Shown here in pieces: positions 56,857 to 64,000 of a stretch of DNA of 64,000 nt. The stretch spans positions 3,472,001 to 3,536,000 of the forward strand of contig JBLDXI010000042.1 in the NCBI GenBank assembly GCA_047495785.1, given 5' to 3'. The position numbers were made by a program, and so were the translations under genes. How positions within the stretch are numbered: position 1 is the first letter of the stretch; each line of letters opens with the position of its first letter. The stretch comes from Lepidodermella squamata (taxonomy: Eukaryota > Animalia > Gastrotricha). The notes beneath the pieces are model-generated. The model ran no database searches and was not told where the DNA came from. It saw only the letters and a list, made by a program, of their open reading frames with translations.

Positions 56857-59800
56857 TTAAGCAGGATGATATTTCTTTTCCGGCGATCCATTGTCACAGA
56901 GACCGTGATTCGAACTCCTTTTTCGAGATCGTTGGATCTCTGTATTCAAAATGGCAACGTCTGGTTTCACGTCGGGGCTACACGTACATGGAACATCAGG
57001 CTTTATATCCTGGTCAATTGGTTCATCAAGTCTCGCAAAAAACTCGATATTTTTGATAAAATTCATATGAAGTTGAGCGTAAGGGTTTTCAGATGAATTA
57101 ATCAGTTCCTTCACTCGGTTAATATTCGCGCGAAAAGCTGCCGGGTCATCACTCAGATTTTGCGGGGAAAGGTTGGATGAAATTTCAATCAGCTGATCGA
57201 TTTCACTCTCGTGTTCGATAATTTCGCCACGTTCAGCTCTGAAATTCGTCATTCCAACTTGCGCAAGGCACTCCTTGACTAGATCCAGCTCAAAAATTTC
57301 CCCGATTGCCTTTTTCAAGGCTTTCTTGCTCGATGGAAGGTGTTCAATCGCACTAAGCCGGTAGAATATGTTCATCCACCAGGCTCGATATTGGTCGATC
57401 GGTAGCTTATCAATAACATCTCGAGATCTCAAATGAAATAGCTCGCCAAGACCTTGAATAAGCGGTAATTGCTTGCTTTCAACACATTTTGTTAGGAAAG
57501 GCAGCAGAAATCTTCTCGTCACGAAATTTTTCTGCTTCAAAACAAAAGCCAGCCTAAATATTAGGGAAGCTAGAAAAGTTCAAAGCAAGATATTTCCGAA
57601 ATTCGTACCGGGGAATCCTCCTTAACTTTGATTTGTAAGTAGTTTCAAGGCTCTCGAGAGTATCGGCCAGAATTAGTTTTTCACTTGGCTGAAAATTCAT
57701 CCATAAAATTCATCCGTAGAGCTGGTGGTTCAAAACATACCAAGGTAGTATTTTCGATGTCCTTCTTCAAATCAGCAACTGCGTTGTGGTGATGCTCATG
57801 AAACCTCTCGCTGGCATATCGCTTTACATGTTCCATAATCAGCTTTTTGACACCTTTCTTGCAATTAAACGTCATCGACATCATTTTCATAAAATCTCGT
57901 CCAGCTTTAGCAAAGGCTTGTTGCTCATTTTCATCCGATAAAACCTTTTCAAGGTAAGCTTCAATGAAAGCATTGACATTTCTTTGGGGTTGATTCGCGA
58001 TTCGCGAGAAAAATTCAGGCGGCTTATCACTGGCGAAAACGCGATGAGCCGTTTGAATGATATCGTTAGCAGACATAACCACTTCTTTCGCTAGAAAAAG
58101 CAAGTTCGGCCTTTGAATATTCGAGTGATTTTTCAAAAACGAACCTTGATAATTTTCACTTCGGGCAAAACCCCCTTCCTTCAACACAGACTCCAGAAAT
58201 TCCGTGATCTCTGGAATAAGATCTTCGGGGAAAATTTCCGGCTGACCTTTCAGTAGACAATCAAAATCGCGAAATCGTTTCAACCAAAACGCAAAGTCGT
58301 TTTCGTCTGGGACGTAAATGCCTTCCCTCACTAAATCAACGACGCTTCTCATCACCTGGTAAGTGTAATTCGTTTTGACTTGGTCTTCAGCCTTGATGCG
58401 CAGAAAAGACTTGTAGTGCCATGGAACAAGCAATCCGATGCGGCATAGCTGATTTTTAATCGGTAGCGAATGATAGAATTGGCTAAGATGGGGCTCAGTG
58501 AAAAATAGCGGCATTCGGCAAGCAGCGGCATTTATGAAATCGAAAAATTCGACTTGTCGCTGCGTCCCTTTACTGGAATCAATCGATAATTGCCTCTGTA
58601 AATCAATAATTCAGGATTTCTCAGTCAGAATTTTGAGCAAAATTTACCTTCATAAGTGATTTTAGCAGCTGCTCAAATGCCGTATGCTTTTCAGGATCCG
58701 AAATAGCGAACATCTTGAAATCAATAAAAGGAATTGACAAATTATTTCTAAAGAAAATTCTCTCAGACCTTTTCCAATATCAAAGAAGCACACGCTTCGG
58801 CTTCACTAGGATTTTTTATCCCAACAATAATAGATCGGAACTCCTCGGTGACGTGCAGCAGTTCATTGGGGTCACTTTCAAGCTTTTCGATCAATTTTGT
58901 TATCGAGTCTGTCGATTCAAACACAATGGACCGTTCTGCAATGCGAATGACTTCAAATATTTTAGCGCAAATTTTATTCTGAAAATGAACATTTTCAATT
59001 ATTTTCCGAAATAATAGGTTCCTCCATACCTTGTGCAGATTACTAAATAGTTTTTTGACAACATGAGTTCTCGCAGAATGGGTGAAGAAGGCATGGGCCT
59101 CTTCGAGGCTGGTTTTAATCAGCTGCAGCTGCGACTCATCGAATGAGTCGTTATCAGTCATTAGAAGATATTGCTCCAGAAGATGCAAGATTTTCGTCCA
59201 TCTATCGTACAATTTACCAGTATGGCTCAGATTTCGAATCGACTTCTCATATATGTTCGATTTGAAAAAGTTCCGCTTATGGAATAACGCAAGACATCTG
59301 AAATAATGATTGAGTCAATGAAATTTGAATATTTTTCTAGCAAACTCTAGTCGTTTTGTGTAGTTTTCACCGCGAATGAACCAGTCTTCGATGATTGGAT
59401 CCAAATCTCGGGCAACGTCCCACTTTTTCAGGTCCATTACGAAGGAATAAAACATGAAGTCCGTATTCGACCGAGTTCTTCTTATCTAATCAAACAGATT
59501 CATCTTAATAGAAATAATAACAAGTTTGAATATTACCGTGTTGAAAACTTCGATTATGATGGCATTGAATGATTCAGGACAGGTGCATTGCTTGAGAATT
59601 GCTCTCAGCTCTTCGATAGTAGGATAGTGGCCGCCTTTATTCAACAACCTGATCTCTTGAAGAAGGATTCCGGCTTCCGAACCAAATTTTATAGGCTGCT
59701 TCTCAACAATACTAGGGGTAGTATTGCTCTGTTCAGCTCTCTCACTCGTTTCATCAACTTTTCCAAGTTTACACCAACCTTCAACCTTCGAAAACGAAAT

Positions 59801-61549
59801 TAAGGAAAATCCGAGGAAATCAAGTTAACAAGTACCGATTTCAGTTCTTTAAAGAATGACTTGATTTCCTTCCTTAGTTTTTTGTCTTCTACAGTTTTCC
59901 GATTTATCTCAACATTTGAACAGATATCAAGCCAAAATTCATCATCAGCTGAATCGTGAAGCCAGTTAGGGTCAAAATATAGCTGACGGATGAGTTTCAA
60001 CAGCGCGAATTGAGAACCATAATCACTCCTATCTGGATCAACAGCCGATTTAAAAATCGAGGATTTTATCAAGCCACTTTGGTACAGAGCTTCGGCAAAT
60101 TTCAAGCGGGCTTGGAACGTTCTCTGATCTGAAGCGTATAGATCGATTTCCGCAAAGATTTTATGAATGCAATCTGCAATCGATAGCAGTTTGCCATTTT
60201 CACTCGGCACTGAGACCTGATTAAAAGGTCAATCATGGTACAAATAAACAAATTGAGTACAAACCTCCCGAATTTTCGATAAAATTGAGACAGCAGTCTT
60301 GAATTGACTGAAATCCATTACTTCAATCTGAATATAAATCGATTATTTTAATTTATTCCAGGTAATAATCAGCTCACCTTTCTTATGCACTTTTTGACCT
60401 CAGTTACTAAATTTTCACTCATCATTATTGTATGCTTCAATTTTTCTAAGCAATCTTCAGTTTCTACATCGTTCCAGTTTGAACATAACCCTTTGAACGC
60501 AGAAGGCCAAGTTGATTCAGCTAAAAAAATAAATTTACTTTGAATTTCAGGTCTTTTATCGAATCTTTTACCAGCTTTGGACTGTTGGCGAAACCTCCAA
60601 TCGCCTTTGGCCTTGATAAGAACAAATTAGCGAGGGAACTAAAAAAATATCTCCATATTTACCTCTTTCAATTCAGAAAGAAATTTTTTCAAATTTGCAT
60701 CCGGGGCAATATTAATAAATTTTCGATGCATCGCTTCCCAGTAGACAGCATCCTCTATTGCCATAATTGGTGCTTTTGGCCGGCTCAAAACTTTGTCGAG
60801 CTCCGAAAATATTTCTTTCACGCATAGGCTCAAGACAGTACCAGTCTTAGAAGCAACAAAGCTTCGGAGTAGTTTCCGATATATGCCAAAAGCAAGAATT
60901 TTATCACATATCATTTCTGCAATGAAACTACAGTAAAATCGGGTTGAAACGATGAAAAATTGATTAAGGATTATGTTTGTACCTGAATCCACTTTCCAGA
61001 TCTGAAACCGAACGGCCGCCCTCAATCAATAAATCCAAGCAAACGTTTTCCATCGAAGCCGTGAATGATTCCTGTTTGCCTTTCCCATGGATCTATGGAA
61101 GGAGACGATGAACATATTTACCCCAATTACACAGCAATATAACCTCTTTCATCATTTTCAACAATGGCTTGTAAATGGATATTTTCGAATTGTCCGCTAG
61201 ACCAGCCTATAATTATTAAATGATTTCATCGAACTAGTACAAAACAATACGAAGATATGTACCCTTCGTGTGATAATTGATACCATCTCGGTAAAAAATG
61301 GATCGTTCATGGAATAAACTATTTCTTGAATTTTTGTTTGTACATCAGCAGCAGGAAGAACTTCCGACTCAAAACTATCGAGAATAAGCATGATTTCTGT
61401 GGCAGACTCAAGATCGCCAATGACCTTAATTTTCGACTTCGGCGGTTCCAAAGCCGCCAACCGAAACTGTAAAAGATCAAAAATGAAGACGGAGCAAAAA
61501 ATCCTCACAAAATTACCTTAGCACTATTTCTCGCCAAAATTGAGCTCAT
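56857..61549 (-). CDS. Tandem MIF4G-like repeat protein, paralog H
   Basis: ATG 61549 (MSSILARNSAK|gt); modules FIAEMICDKIL, FAEALYQSGLI, IKNQLCRIGLL, LAFVLKQKNFV; tail IKPD..VKPD..RKRS..PEKK. Confidence 0.7.
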
Positions 61550-61789
61550 CTTCCGACTTGACCTCTATCCAAATATGACAATAAAATATCTATAAGCACA
61601 TAAATTTGGCAAAGAATTAGACTTAGGCCTGTTTTTTGATAATGGACAGGTTTTATCCAGAAAGAACGCAGGTCTCAAGACTCAACAAACTGATGATAAC
61701 TACCAATTGATGGGTGCCTCACGAAAGCTACATTCTTCGGCTTCTTTTCACTTCACAGGAGAGTAAAAAAACCGTATTTATTATATAAA

Positions 61790-64000
61790 TCACGCGAATT
61801 GCATTCGCTTCTTTGGCGAATCTTCGTCAAGAGACTCATTATTCTGACTTCTTTTCCGCAACTTTTCGACTTTCACAGGCAAAGCATCCTGTTTGATTTC
61901 GCTATCGCAATCGCAGGTGTGTTCATGAGGATGATTATTGGCTACCGAAGCTGGTCCATATTGCGCAAACAATTGAATGCTATGAATCAAGCCCCGGACA
62001 ACAGGGGCCAACGCATCTTTAGACGAATCAATCGATTTTTTCAAACGATTAAGCTTATCGTGAAAATTAGCCGGGTCATCTGCCAAGCTTTGCGGGGTGA
62101 GAACCGCAACATTTGACATCAGATCATAATTTTTCTCACCCATATCGCTGATTTCGGCAACGAATGGTTTCACCTGATCGTGGGATAATATTTCATCCAC
62201 CCTATTCTTTAGCTCAGTTGCCAATGATGAATCATCTCTCATAGAAATGAGCCGGAATAGAAAGGTTTGCCACCACTGCCGGCATCGCGAATTCATTACT
62301 TGACTCAACGGCGTTCGGCTTTTTTGATTGAGCATCAAATTCAGGCTTGTAAATAAGGACATTCGCTTTGTCGTTGCAACGTTGTCCAAAAATTTGGTAA
62401 AAAAGTTGATGGTTAACACCTCTTCGTCGACCAACGTCCAAGCAAGCCTGTTAAAATTTCGCATCAAACACAATTTTAAACTAATTTTTATTAAAATAAC
62501 AACCTGCAAACTTGGGTGGATTTCAGCTGATATGAAGCCATGGTTTGACGTAAGGTATCACTCAGAACAAGTTTTTCACTCGGCTAGATTCTAAACCAAT
62601 AAACCTTTTCAACATGAAAATTAAAAACAAACCAATACGCTTTCGTCGATTTCACGCTGCAAATTTGTGACAGTTTTATCATGATTTTCATGAAAATCAC
62701 GACCAACAAGGATGAGTAAATGTTCCTCGATCAAATCTGCAATGTTCTCGCAACAGCGAAAAGTGATCGCACTCATTTTCGCGAATTCCTTAGCAACTTT
62801 TGGGTAAATTTGATAGCCGGGCTGCGAAGACGAAAAAGCCTTGGAATAAAGCAAAAAATCTAATTTTAGCTCGGAAAATCAAGCCACATACCTTTGTAAC
62901 GTAAACTTCAATCAGCGTGCGAATGAGTTCTATCGGCAGATTAGAAAGGCGATGGTAAAATTCTGGCTTCTTGCCTCCCGCTATAAGCTTCACCGCGAGA
63001 CCAGTAATACGAGTAACTGTGTATTCCATTTCCGGAACTAAATTTACAGTGTGCAAAGAAGCAACAAAAATTTACGAAAATATTACCATCCTCGTCTGAT
63101 TTCTTGAAGCCACCCTTCTGGATAACAAAATGTGGATCATCCAAGGATAACATAAGCCTCTCATGAAATTACTTCAGACATCATTTTGATAAAATGTTCG
63201 ATTTCGACCGATAGACTAGCAGGAGGCAGTGGCTGCTTCCGTGTAAGGCTTGCTCGAAAATTTTCAAACGCTTCTTGCCAAAATTTAGCATCCAATTCAT
63301 CAAGTTTATACTCGCCTTGATCGACTAAATGAGCCACATTCTTGATAATGTGATAAATGAAAGCAATTTTCCACGGTTCATTTTGATTAATAGACATGCA
63401 GTTTTTGAAGTTTCGATAGAAGAGCACGCCCAGTTTACACAAGTGATTTTTAAATGGCAACGAATCAACAAATGCGAGGACGTGGGATTCCGAGAATGAT
63501 TGCCGCTGGAACATGACCGATTTCACGTATTCGAAAAACATGACCTCTCGGTTACTTCCGTCTTCCCGATTTATGAAAAAAGACTCCTTTAACAAGAAGC
63601 GTTCATGTTAAAATCTGTATCACTAATAGAAAAGATCACCAACGTTGTTAATAGAAAGTAGCCATTTGTCCAGGGCTACTTTCAAATCTTGGGATGGCGT
63701 GTGCTCCATCTGTAAATGAAATGCAAACAAATATTCAGCTGCCCAGATAAGACATTACTTTTTGTAAAATAGGGGCGACGCAAGCTTCAGCTTCTTTGAA
63801 ATTGCGTATTTCATCGAAAACCGATTTCACAGCTTCAGCGAATCGCGGCAAGTCACTTGGATTCTCTTCCAGCTCCCTCAATAATCTTTCGATAGTTCCG
63901 CGAGATTTTTTTTGTTCAACAGGTTTTTCAATGAGAAAAAATGGGGCACACAGTTTGTCCTAAAGAATTATATTCAATAGATATAATTGCTACTTGATGC
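61790..64000 (-). CDS. 3' part of tandem MIF4G-like repeat protein, paralog I (closest to H); start is beyond the window
   Basis: LPFKNHLCKLGVL, RDFHENH, WWQTFLFRL, LTPQSLADDPANF, IKQD..VKVE..RKRS..PKKR are collinear with paralog H. Confidence 0.75.

Noticed and set aside
1-64000. CRISPR array, prokaryotic operon or phage
   Set aside because: No regularly spaced short repeats seen; genes have spliceosomal introns and the mobile elements are eukaryotic types.
47900-64000. Numerous short plus-strand ORFs
   Set aside because: Antisense shadows of minus-strand exons with no recognisable motifs.

Overview
Eukaryotic DNA from a compact, AT-rich genome, probably an invertebrate; most GT-AG introns are about 50-80 bp. 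No CRISPR array, rRNA or tRNA was seen. The window holds about 14 tandem genes, all on the minus strand. Eleven are a fast-diverging family of helical-repeat proteins built from degenerate MIF4G (eIF4G-middle-like) modules, most ending in an NLS-like basic tail; one is decayed and two are partial at the window edges. Three encode RING + B-box-like + coiled-coil + ankyrin (TRIM-like) proteins. Most stop codons lie only about 50-125 bp before an unpaired 3' splice acceptor sitting just ahead of the next ATG, which suggests a trans-spliced operon. The most striking signal is a set of giant inserts: introns of 3002, 3013, 3002, about 3045, about 2990 and 2289 bp, plus one 7.4-kb insert. Each is a patchwork of short unrelated transposon and captured-gene fragments (Helitron, Tc1, hAT, CACTA-like, LINE, copia, gypsy, CHD/SNF2, RING). 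Essentially every recognisable fragment is on the + strand, antisense to the host transcript, and paralogous introns keep a length near 3.0 kb despite different contents. My inference, untested, is length-constrained intronic antisense transposon traps (flamenco-like piRNA/siRNA sources) embedded in a putative nuclear defence operon. Exon boundaries and domain calls were made by eye.
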